64,000 nucleotides of DNA. Source: Candidatus Omnitrophota bacterium. Its GTDB lineage: Bacteria > Omnitrophota > Gorgyraeia > Zapsychrales > Zapsychraceae. Below are positions 1 through 7,745 of the stretch, in pieces. The notes beneath the pieces were generated by a model, which was given only the letters and a program-made list of their open reading frames with translations, had not been told where the DNA came from and searched no databases. The stretch spans positions 12,122 through 76,121 of the forward strand of contig JADFYE010000005.1 in assembly GCA_015233195.1 (NCBI GenBank), in the 5' to 3' direction. Each line of letters opens with the position of its first letter. Positions within the stretch are counted from its first letter, which is position 1. Position numbers and translations under genes: made by a program.

Positions 1-514
1 CCGTATTCCCTGCGATCAAAGCCGGTGCCATTTTCCAGGCAGTCATGATCATAGGATAATTCCAGGGAATAACTGCCGCGATCACACCGATCGGTTCACG
101 CTCGATCAAACTTCTAACCGGTGCCGGAATATCTAATTCTTTAGAACTTAGCCATTTTTCAACGCCTGCAAAAAAATCAAATGTTTCAGCTGCAGTAGGC
201 ACATCAATTAAATTAGCATGCTTAATCGTCTTACCCACATCCGCGCATTCCAAACGCGCTAATTCAAAAGCATTATCCCGAATAAGCTGGGAGATCTTTT
301 TCAAATACTCCCCACGCTGCTGGACAGATAACTTTGACCACTCCCCATTATCAAACTGCTCACGGGCACTATTAATCGCAGACTGCATATCAATCAAAGA
401 CGCAGAAGCGACTTTAGCAAACACCTCTCCGTTAGAAGGATTGATAGCATCAAACACCTTCCCGTCAGAAGCAGGAGTTAATTGACCATTAAAATATAAA
501 TTATATACTTTCAT
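1..514 (-). CDS. NAD(P)-dependent aldehyde dehydrogenase (5' part only; runs off window start; not in ORF track)
   Basis: Manual translation from ATG at 514: MKVYNLYFNGQLTPASDGKVFDAINPSNGEVFAKVA...REPIGVIAAVIPWNYPMIMTAWKMAPALIAGNT, a typical ALDH N-terminus with the PWNYP motif. Confidence 0.92.
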   Translation of the reverse strand, partial: MKVYNLYFNGQLTPASDGKVFDAINPSNGEVFAKVASASLIDMQSAINSAREQFDNGEWSKLSVQQRGEYLKKISQLIRDNAFELARLECADVGKTIKHANLIDVPTAAETFDFFAGVEKWLSSKELDIPAPVRSLIEREPIGVIAAVIPWNYPMIMTAWKMAPALIAGNT

Positions 515-558
515 AAAAAGCCCCTCACCCTACTCTTTCCTAAAAGGTTGAAAAAGAT

Positions 559-603
559 TTTAAAAAGTTACAAGCGTTGCGCAAAACACATTAACTTTTT
601 AAA
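559..603. repeat. Perfect 12-bp inverted repeat (TTTAAAAAGTTA...TAACTTTTTAAA), next to a degenerate CCCCTCACCCTA REP-like half at ~521-545
   Basis: Arms at 559-570 and 592-603, in the aldolase-ALDH intergenic space. Confidence 0.6.
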
Positions 604-607
604 GCCA

Positions 608-1642
608 CTATTCAACCGCCACCCTCGTCCAAAGTTCAAACACCCTCGAACACGGCGCATACCATTTAGAAATCTTCGCAAAATCCCCTTTTAAGACCAT
701 CTTCTTCTGGGTCGTAGCAACGAACGGATCCAACTCCCTCTTAAACACAGCCCGCCAAACCACCTCAGGAGCTGACGTCATAAATTCCGCGTTAGCGTTA
801 TTACCGAGATTAACAATCTTCCCCTTATCAAACGTAAAACTAAAAACTTCGCCAGTCTCATCCAACTTAACTGCCAATTCCATATTCATGTTCGTCTGAC
901 TACCAAGCTGTTTCATTTTTTCATCCGCATTTACTATATCGACAATAGCCTGCATATGCTCACGCGAAAAAAATTTCTTTTTGTCATCCTGTGCCTTTGT
1001 GCAATCATCCTGAGCGTTAACGAAGGATCTCTTTTTAGATTCTTCAGGCGCTATTGCTCCTTCAGAATGACAGCCTTGCTTAAAAACTTTAGCAATAGCT
1101 TCCGTCTTAATTGCTTCTTCCAAATTCTGGATCCAGCAAAAACAATCGAATAATTCCGGGCCGACCGCTAATACACCATGATTACGCAATACAGCCAATC
1201 CCTTACCTTTTAATTCAGCCAACACAGGTGAAATATCCTGTACGGTCGGAGAATACTGCTCAATCGCCTTAACTTCACCTAAATATAATTTCGCTTCAAA
1301 TATCCGAGGCACAAAAACCGGCTGTTCAATAAAAAAACCATTAACATACGGCGTATGCGTATGAATAATAGCTTTAACATCAGGAAAATTCTTATAGATC
1401 GCAGTATGAAGCATCTTTTCAGACGTGACTTTACCAGATTCCAAAGGATTCCCGTCATTATCACAAACCAAAAGATCTTTATCAATTAATCGTCCCAAGC
1501 AAGTTTTAGTTGCAGTTAAAATAATCCGTTTATCATCAACCCGGACGCTGATATTTCCATTCAATGCGCTCGCCAAATCCTTATCCCAAAGTAATTTACC
1601 AATCTCGATAATCTCATTTTTTAATTTTTTTATATTGTCCAT
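608..1642 (-). CDS. Class II aldolase/adducin-family protein fused to a C-terminal SCP2 (sterol carrier)-like domain
   Basis: GNISVR, TSE..LH, IIHTH and LRNHGV zinc-aldolase motifs; C-terminal ...LDPFVATTQKKMVLKGDF is an SCP2 signature; start moved to MDNIKK (GAGG RBS). Confidence 0.85.
   Translation of the reverse strand: MDNIKKLKNEIIEIGKLLWDKDLASALNGNISVRVDDKRIILTATKTCLGRLIDKDLLVCDNDGNPLESGKVTSEKMLHTAIYKNFPDVKAIIHTHTPYVNGFFIEQPVFVPRIFEAKLYLGEVKAIEQYSPTVQDISPVLAELKGKGLAVLRNHGVLAVGPELFDCFCWIQNLEEAIKTEAIAKVFKQGCHSEGAIAPEESKKRSFVNAQDDCTKAQDDKKKFFSREHMQAIVDIVNADEKMKQLGSQTNMNMELAVKLDETGEVFSFTFDKGKIVNLGNNANAEFMTSAPEVVWRAVFKRELDPFVATTQKKMVLKGDFAKISKWYAPCSRVFELWTRVAVE
982..1072. repeat. Palindromic REP/MITE-like element inserted in frame in the aldolase-SCP2 linker
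   Basis: TGTCATCCTG(982-991)...TCATCCTGAG..GAAGGATCT/AGATTCTTC...CAGAATGACA(1063-1072); matches the recalled GTCATTCTGAG..GAAGAATCT..AGATCCTTC..CTCAGGATGAC palindrome type. Confidence 0.75.
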
Positions 1643-1653
1643 GATTTTAACCT

Positions 1654-2130
1654 CTAACAATTTATTAAATCATAATTTGGCACAAAAGTTTTTGTTTTCG
1701 ATTGTGCAATTTGTATATTATTAAATTTTAATAAAATACTTTTATCCACGTTAACAGCCAATGGCTTCTCTCCCTCAAAAATATAAAACGGCACATTATG
1801 CTCTTTTGCTAAAATCTGCAATATCGTACCACCAACCAAAGTTTTAAGCTGATCATTTACTTTCCCATGTCCCGATACCCAAACCTCTTTTACACAACCA
1901 TGCCCAAACAAAAACCCTGCCATATTATCCGCGATAACCGTAGGTGTTATTCCATGATGCAACAACTTCCGACACGTATGCTGACACGAAGTCAGATCCG
2001 GACGACCTTCTAAAACAAACACCTCGACAGCATCTTTTTTAAAGTGATCAAAAAAATTTTTACCAAAAAACCCGTGGAGCAAAACCACGCGTTTCTGTAA
2101 TTTTTCAACTATTGGATTGGCTAATTTCAT
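1654..2130 (-). CDS. Truncated eIF-2B/MtnA-like protein (C-terminal domain only)
   Basis: VFVLEGRP, GITPTVIADNMAG and LAKEHNVPFY motifs; lacks the N-terminal helical domain. Confidence 0.7.
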   Translation of the reverse strand: MKLANPIVEKLQKRVVLLHGFFGKNFFDHFKKDAVEVFVLEGRPDLTSCQHTCRKLLHHGITPTVIADNMAGFLFGHGCVKEVWVSGHGKVNDQLKTLVGGTILQILAKEHNVPFYIFEGEKPLAVNVDKSILLKFNNIQIAQSKTKTFVPNYDLINC

Positions 2131-3104
2131 TTCCGCCCCATTTCCAAAGCAATAGCTCCGCCGGTTACTAATTCATGCGGCACCACATCAAACCCGGGAT
2201 AGAATCCCCGCACGTACCCTTTAATAGCTTTCTTACCTTCATAACGCAATAATTCTTCTTCCGGTCTAATCTCAACTGGAATATCCGCAGCACTTGCCAC
2301 TTTACTTGACGGCTGAGTTAAAACATAAAACGGAATATTAAAATGTTTTGATAATACTGCGATCTGATATGTCCCGATCTTATTCGCAAAATCACCATTA
2401 GCGCAATTACGATCTGATCCGACTATCACCTTATTAACCATTTTATTCGCCATAACATTACCTACTGCATTATCTGCGATCAATGTCACATCAGCTCCTA
2501 CCTGACCTAATTCCCAAGCAGTTAATTTTGCGCCTTGAAAATACGGACGAGTTTCGGTAGCAAAAAATTTCACTTTTTTATTTTGAGCTAAACACATACC
2601 AGCAGCCATAGCTAATTCACCGCTGACATTGCAATGAGTTAAAACTGAATCGCCGTCTTTAATCACTTCAGAAATTCTTTTAACCCGATCCAAACGACTA
2701 TATCGAACCCCCTGCAAATAACTATTAATATTCTTAACCACAAACGTTTTTAAATCTTGATGCGATTCCAACGCGACCTTTGCCCAATTCACGACGATAG
2801 ATGTTACTTCAGCAAAAGGAAACGTCGGACGGCTTTTATTCAAAGCCTCAGCGATCTGCCCGATCTTTACATAAAGATCCCGATCTGAAAAATTTTTTCC
2901 TCGTTCAATCTCGACTAAAAAAATACTCAATATCACCAAAAATTGACCAAACGCGCGCGTCTTCATTTCCTTAATTACAGACACAGCTTCGTTCGTGTTT
3001 CCAACCGGAATATACTGAACTTTTTCCGGAATAGCAGTCTCGTCCAGTACATAAAGAACATCTTTATCTAAACGACAAGGCCAAAATAAAATTGAATCTT
3101 CCAT
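2127..3104 (-). CDS. mtnA: Methylthioribose-1-phosphate isomerase-like (eIF-2B alpha family)
   Basis: RPT, THCN, ETRPYFQGAKLTAWEL, GSDR, NKIGTY and FDVVP motifs. Confidence 0.85.
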   Translation of the reverse strand: MEDSILFWPCRLDKDVLYVLDETAIPEKVQYIPVGNTNEAVSVIKEMKTRAFGQFLVILSIFLVEIERGKNFSDRDLYVKIGQIAEALNKSRPTFPFAEVTSIVVNWAKVALESHQDLKTFVVKNINSYLQGVRYSRLDRVKRISEVIKDGDSVLTHCNVSGELAMAAGMCLAQNKKVKFFATETRPYFQGAKLTAWELGQVGADVTLIADNAVGNVMANKMVNKVIVGSDRNCANGDFANKIGTYQIAVLSKHFNIPFYVLTQPSSKVASAADIPVEIRPEEELLRYEGKKAIKGYVRGFYPGFDVVPHELVTGGAIALEMGRK

Positions 3105-3107
3105 AAA

Positions 3108-3857
3108 TTAAATGCCTTTAATCATATTAAACGCAATATCTATCATAGCTGCTTCAGCCATGTAATAGCTTGGATTCATAAATCCCATTTCACCTGTAAT
3201 AACATTGTCGCTGACTGCCATAATCGCAACTGCCGGGATTTTATAATGATTCGCTATCGTCAAAAATGCAGAGGTAACCATATCCGCAGCAATCGCGCCT
3301 TTTGCAACTGCACCATTTATCACATCTTTAGTTTCCCGTAATAAAGCATCCGTTGTCCAGCAAGATCCCATATGAACTGCACCGACCATTGGACCAGCTT
3401 GTTTAGCAACTTCAGCTAACTTTACTGATAAATTTTTATCTGAGAACGGTATTACATCTTTACCTGCATAATACTGTGATAGACCTTCACCGCAGATAGC
3501 ACTTGTAACAACTATCAAATCACCGACTTTAATATCTTCGCGTAAAGCACCACAGCTTCCTACGCGAATCATCGCTTTGGTCGTAGCATTACAAACTATT
3601 TCAGTCGTAATACCAGTATCCGCAGAAAAACGTCCGCCATTGATGGTCGTAACTTTCTTACCATTAAATTCGCCGGTATACATGGTATATTCCATGAAAG
3701 AAAAATTCTTGACCGGATTATTAAGCTTTTTCATGACAGCTTCCATACGTTCTTTAGGACCAGGCACGATCACATATTCCCCAATATCACCCGGACGCAA
3801 TTGCACCATTCCCATTAAATCCCGACCAGTTAAATGTATTTCACGTTTCATTGTCAT
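3108..3857 (-). CDS. Nucleoside phosphorylase (PNP/UDP superfamily), divergent
   Basis: VPGPKER, IRVGSCGAL, WTTDALLRET and AVSDN motifs. Confidence 0.85.
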   Translation of the reverse strand: MTMKREIHLTGRDLMGMVQLRPGDIGEYVIVPGPKERMEAVMKKLNNPVKNFSFMEYTMYTGEFNGKKVTTINGGRFSADTGITTEIVCNATTKAMIRVGSCGALREDIKVGDLIVVTSAICGEGLSQYYAGKDVIPFSDKNLSVKLAEVAKQAGPMVGAVHMGSCWTTDALLRETKDVINGAVAKGAIAADMVTSAFLTIANHYKIPAVAIMAVSDNVITGEMGFMNPSYYMAEAAMIDIAFNMIKGI

Positions 3858-3874
3858 ATTAATCTCCTAAATGA

Positions 3875-3948
3875 GCACATCACTTATGGAACAACGTGAA
3901 CATAAGTGATCAGTGCGAATTTATCCCGTTTGCAAAGCAAATCGGGAT
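3875..3948. repeat. Tandem double hairpin in the intergenic region
   Basis: ATCACTTATG(3879-3888)/CATAAGTGAT(3901-3910) perfect IR; ATCCCG-TTTGC-AAA-GCAAA-T-CGGGAT (3923-3948). Confidence 0.65.
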
Positions 3949-3957
3949 TTCAACTGG

Positions 3958-5451
3958 TTATAATTTTGTTTTATCAATTTTCCCCGTTCTATTCTTCGGT
4001 AATTCTTTCCTTACTTCAAAATTATGCGGCACTTTAAAATGCGCTAAATGTTCTTTCATAAATGCCCGAAGATCCTCGATCGCAACATTCTCACCTTCTT
4101 TAAATACCACAAACGCTTTAATAGTTTCTCCCCGTAATTTATCAGGAATTCCTATAACCGCGGCTTCCGCCACACTTGGATGTTTATATAACGCCGACTC
4201 CACTTCAGGCGCCATCACCAATTGACCGCCCACCTTGATCATTTCTTTTTTCCGTCCCATGATATATAAAAATCCGTTCTCATCAAAACGACCCAGATCG
4301 CCCGTATATAAACCGTCTTTTCGTTTAATCTCTGCAGTCAACTCAGGATCTTTGTAATATTCTTTCATGATATAATCGCCTGCAATCACAATCTCACCCA
4401 CAGCGCCTTGCGGCAATTCTTTTCCCTCATCGCTCACGATCCTGATCGTCGAAAAAGGCGACGGTTTCCCCACACTCGCGATATTATCGCTATTCTTCAA
4501 AGGCGTTACTGTATTAGGCGGACACGTTTCAGTCATGCCCCATCCGTTCAACAATACCGCATTCGGACAATATTGATGAAACCTTGCTAAAATTTCTGGC
4601 GAGCTTGGCGCGCCGAATACTACCACCCAGCGCAAAGACGACAAATCAAAATTTTCAATGTGTTTCAAAGTAAGAATCGCGTTATACATAGGCGGCACAA
4701 TATGAAAACATGTTACTTTAAACTGCTGAACCAATTCCAAAAACTGCATAGGATTAAAACGATCCATCAATACCAAAGTAATCCCAAATAAAAGCATATT
4801 TTGAATATAAATTAACCCAGCGATATGGCTCAAAGGTAAGGCACAAAGTTTGATATCTTTATCCGTTAGGTCAACAAAGTATTCCATTGCCTTAGGCGAG
4901 CCGTCTAAATGTTTATATGTCAATAAAATGCCTTTAGGTTTTCCAGTTGTCCCCGACGTATACATAATAAGCGCAGGATCGGAATCTTTAATTTCCACTG
5001 ATAATGCGACAGCAGAAGATTTTGCCATTAATTCGCCGTATTTCAGCGAGCCTTCAACATTTCCATCCAGCAAAATAATTTTTTTAAGTTTCGGCAATTG
5101 CTTACATACAGCATTCAAATCAACATCTGGTCGTCCCAACGCAATCAATACCTTGGCTTCCGAGTGGCTCAAACACGAAACCAGTTCATCTTCTTTCAAC
5201 ATAAAGTCCAGCGGCACGCCAACTCCACCCAAACAAAATACAGTCAGATAACTAAACACATACTGCGGACAATTAGGCAAATAAATACCAACAGCATCGC
5301 CTTTTCCAATCCCCTGTGTTCGTAACACATTGGTAAGCCTCAAAACCTGATCTTGTAACTGCGCAAAATTAATTACCTGATCTTTAAATATCAAAGCAGG
5401 TTTGGACGCGTATTTCTTTGCTTGTGCGGTTAAAATATCATTGATTTTCAT
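3958..5451 (-). CDS. Long-chain acyl-CoA ligase / AMP-binding enzyme (FadD-like)
   Basis: YTSGTTGKPKG, GWGMTET, YTGDLG, GRKKEMIK and PKNRTGKID adenylation motifs. Confidence 0.92.
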   Translation of the reverse strand: MKINDILTAQAKKYASKPALIFKDQVINFAQLQDQVLRLTNVLRTQGIGKGDAVGIYLPNCPQYVFSYLTVFCLGGVGVPLDFMLKEDELVSCLSHSEAKVLIALGRPDVDLNAVCKQLPKLKKIILLDGNVEGSLKYGELMAKSSAVALSVEIKDSDPALIMYTSGTTGKPKGILLTYKHLDGSPKAMEYFVDLTDKDIKLCALPLSHIAGLIYIQNMLLFGITLVLMDRFNPMQFLELVQQFKVTCFHIVPPMYNAILTLKHIENFDLSSLRWVVVFGAPSSPEILARFHQYCPNAVLLNGWGMTETCPPNTVTPLKNSDNIASVGKPSPFSTIRIVSDEGKELPQGAVGEIVIAGDYIMKEYYKDPELTAEIKRKDGLYTGDLGRFDENGFLYIMGRKKEMIKVGGQLVMAPEVESALYKHPSVAEAAVIGIPDKLRGETIKAFVVFKEGENVAIEDLRAFMKEHLAHFKVPHNFEVRKELPKNRTGKIDKTKL

Positions 5452-5481
5452 ATTAAATCCATTTTTAATATCTTAATATCT

Positions 5482-5529
5482 GGAGACACAAAACTTAATT
5501 CAAAAAACTGAATTAAGTATCATGTCCCC
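5482..5529. repeat. Palindrome GGAGACAC-AAAACTTAATTCA-N6-TGAATTAAGT-ATCATGTCCCC (REP-like element or operator)
   Basis: Perfect 10-bp IR at 5493-5502/5509-5518 with imperfect outer GGAGACA/TGTCCCC arms. Confidence 0.65.
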
Positions 5530-5540
5530 GCAGTTTAAAA

Positions 5541-5663
5541 TGAACTGTTATAAAATGTGCAGATGCAAGGCATTCCCGAGAGAATGCGGAGGCGTACTTT
5601 GTATGTACGTCGCACAAACGAACGAGGGAATAACACAGCAGATGCATATTTTAGAACAGTTCA
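5541..5663. mobile_element. 123-bp MITE-like element with 21-bp terminal inverted repeats
   Basis: TGAACTGTTATAAAATGTGCA (5541-5561) versus TGCATATTTTAGAACAGTTCA (5643-5663), 19/21 match; internal GGCGTAC/GTACGTC hairpin; locally GC-richer. Confidence 0.65.
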
Positions 5664-5687
5664 ATGTAGTAAAATTTTAATAGTTAG

Positions 5688-5715
5688 ATTTTAATGGGTA
5701 TAATTGATAAGTCAA
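5688..5715 (-). promoter_or_regulatory. Putative sigma70 promoter of the acyl-CoA ligase operon
   Basis: TTGACT-N16-TAAAAT on the minus strand. Confidence 0.55.
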
Positions 5716-5759
5716 GAAAAAATTCCAAAAGTAAGGTAATTATATATTAATATTAAACT

Positions 5760-7061
5760 TTATCTAAAACTTAGGTCAGTAGGCGCGCGGCCCAATTCCT
5801 GCAGTAAAATTTTGGCAGATTCAATCTGAGCATCTAAAGACTCATGTTGATGCGCCCTTCCAGGATAAATTTCATATAAAGGTCGTTTTTCCAAAGGTGT
5901 TACATTAAGCATCATTGAATTAGCTCCAGATAAAAACGCCAAACGGCGCGCAGTCATATCCAAAGTTTCAAGACCAGTAGTTACTAATATTTTTACATGA
6001 GGCAATAAAAAAAATCTGGCAGATGATAGAGTATGAATTATTTCATCAACTGTAGGTGCTGGATGTTTTGCTAACGGAGTATATGGATGAGGCAAAAACG
6101 GTCCCATACTTAACATTTCAACATTCAGCTCCCCTGCTAATTCTATATCACTACTTATATCAGCATGAGTCTGCCCAGGCAAACCTATCAAAGACCCAGT
6201 AATTATTAAATACCCCAATTCATTCGCAGTTTTCAGATCTTGTAATCGGTCTTCAAACTTTGAACCAGGATGCATCTTAGAATATAAATCTGAATTTGAA
6301 GTTTCAAACCGCAACAATAACCCCCTAGCACCTGCAGCGTATAAACGTTTTAAACCATCCGTACCAACTTCGCCAAAACTAATAAAAATTAAAACTCCAA
6401 AACGTTTTTTTATCTCAGCAACAAGGTCAATAAGCTCATCAATCGGACGACCACGGTCTTCACCGCTTTGCAATACCAGCGCTTTAAACCCATAAACCTC
6501 AACCGCAATTCGCACAGACTCCAATATCTCGTCTTTAGACATTCGATATCTGGTTAAACTAGTATTCAATGCCGAAATCCCACAATAATGACAAACCTGG
6601 TCACACTCATTGCCAATTTCGATTATCCCATGCACGCAGCAAGAATTACCGTGATACTGATGTCTCAAATGATGTGCCGCGTTTTTAATAAACTCACGTT
6701 CACCAGCATCTTTCGCAGATAATAAATATTCCAATTCCTCTCGCAATATCCGTCCACCTGCAGCAACTTTATCATACATATCCCGGACTTTTGTATATTT
6801 CGCTCCAGCCCAAGGCATTTGTTTTACGCTAGCATCGTCAATATCTTTTAACTCAAAAAAAAGATCTTTCCATGTCTCTAGAGTTGTTTCAGCCTCTTTC
6901 TGACTTACCCGAGTTATAACAAAACCACCTTGTGCATATACATAATCGCCCACGCTTAATCCAGTTAACTCATTAATGGCTTTCTTCTCTTCGCCAAAAT
7001 AATCAACCAAAGCAAATTTACCTTCAAATGCTTTAACTTTTCCAGGAATAGCGTAACACAT
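5760..7061 (-). CDS. HypC/HupF domain fused to a HydE-like (BioB-clan) radical SAM domain
   Basis: N-terminal MCYAIPGKV...VGDYVYAQGGFVI (HypC); CDQVCHYC, LVLQSGED, LLLRFETSN, GANSMMLNVTP...YEIYPG (HydE-like). Confidence 0.85.
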   Translation of the reverse strand: MCYAIPGKVKAFEGKFALVDYFGEEKKAINELTGLSVGDYVYAQGGFVITRVSQKEAETTLETWKDLFFELKDIDDASVKQMPWAGAKYTKVRDMYDKVAAGGRILREELEYLLSAKDAGEREFIKNAAHHLRHQYHGNSCCVHGIIEIGNECDQVCHYCGISALNTSLTRYRMSKDEILESVRIAVEVYGFKALVLQSGEDRGRPIDELIDLVAEIKKRFGVLIFISFGEVGTDGLKRLYAAGARGLLLRFETSNSDLYSKMHPGSKFEDRLQDLKTANELGYLIITGSLIGLPGQTHADISSDIELAGELNVEMLSMGPFLPHPYTPLAKHPAPTVDEIIHTLSSARFFLLPHVKILVTTGLETLDMTARRLAFLSGANSMMLNVTPLEKRPLYEIYPGRAHQHESLDAQIESAKILLQELGRAPTDLSFR

Positions 7062-7078
7062 TTAATGCTCCAGAATTA

Positions 7079-7414
7079 TTATACGATCTCTGTGATAAAA
7101 AATTCTTTTCCAGAAGGGAGTAGCGTGCCAAGCTTACGGCACTGAGGACACTGAAGATCAGAACCTTTTTTAGGATATTGAATATTACACGTCTTGCATT
7201 CTAGCAAAGCAGGCTTGAATTTCACTTCTAAAACAGTATTAGATAACACAGTATCAGCTATCATTTGTTCCCAATATAATCTGATACATCCCTCATCAAA
7301 ACCTAGCAATTCTCCTACGATCAAAACCGCTTTTTTAGGGTGTGGAATATTTTTATCTTTGACCGCTGCTAAAGCTTCAGCTACGACTTTCTGGACTTGA
7401 TGAACCTCATGCAT
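7079..7414 (-). CDS. hypA: Hydrogenase nickel-insertion protein HypA
   Basis: Probable start MHE; CKTC...CPQC zinc site; SGKEF C-terminus. Confidence 0.85.
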   Translation of the reverse strand: MHEVHQVQKVVAEALAAVKDKNIPHPKKAVLIVGELLGFDEGCIRLYWEQMIADTVLSNTVLEVKFKPALLECKTCNIQYPKKGSDLQCPQCRKLGTLLPSGKEFFITEIV

Positions 7415-7742
7415 GGAACACGTCCTTATACCGTTTTTCAGAACAAGCAGCATATTTAGTATCCAGCACTAAACATTTTTTCGGACAAATTTCTACACAA
7501 GCATTACAGGATACACAACGCAGCCGGTCGATCTCCCAGCCTTTTTGTTCTTTAGTTACTACTATCGCTGCTGTCGGACATTTACGTTGACATAAGCCGC
7601 AGAAAATACATTTATCAATCTCGATTAAAACTTTACCACGAGTGCCAACAAAATATTTTTTCTCAACAAAAGGATATCTTTCAGTAACTGGACGACTGAA
7701 AAGATTGGATAACACTGATTTTGCCATTACTAATAATTTCAT
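7407..7742 (-). CDS. echF: Ech hydrogenase 2x[4Fe-4S] subunit (EchF/NuoI-like)
   Basis: CIFCGLCQRKCP and CVSCNACVEICP. Confidence 0.88.
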   Translation of the reverse strand: MKLLVMAKSVLSNLFSRPVTERYPFVEKKYFVGTRGKVLIEIDKCIFCGLCQRKCPTAAIVVTKEQKGWEIDRLRCVSCNACVEICPKKCLVLDTKYAACSEKRYKDVFHA

Positions 7743-7745
7743 ATA

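Noticed and set aside
5760-7061. Biotin synthase (bioB) call
   Set aside because: The motifs are HydE-like, a HypC domain is fused, and no bio genes are nearby
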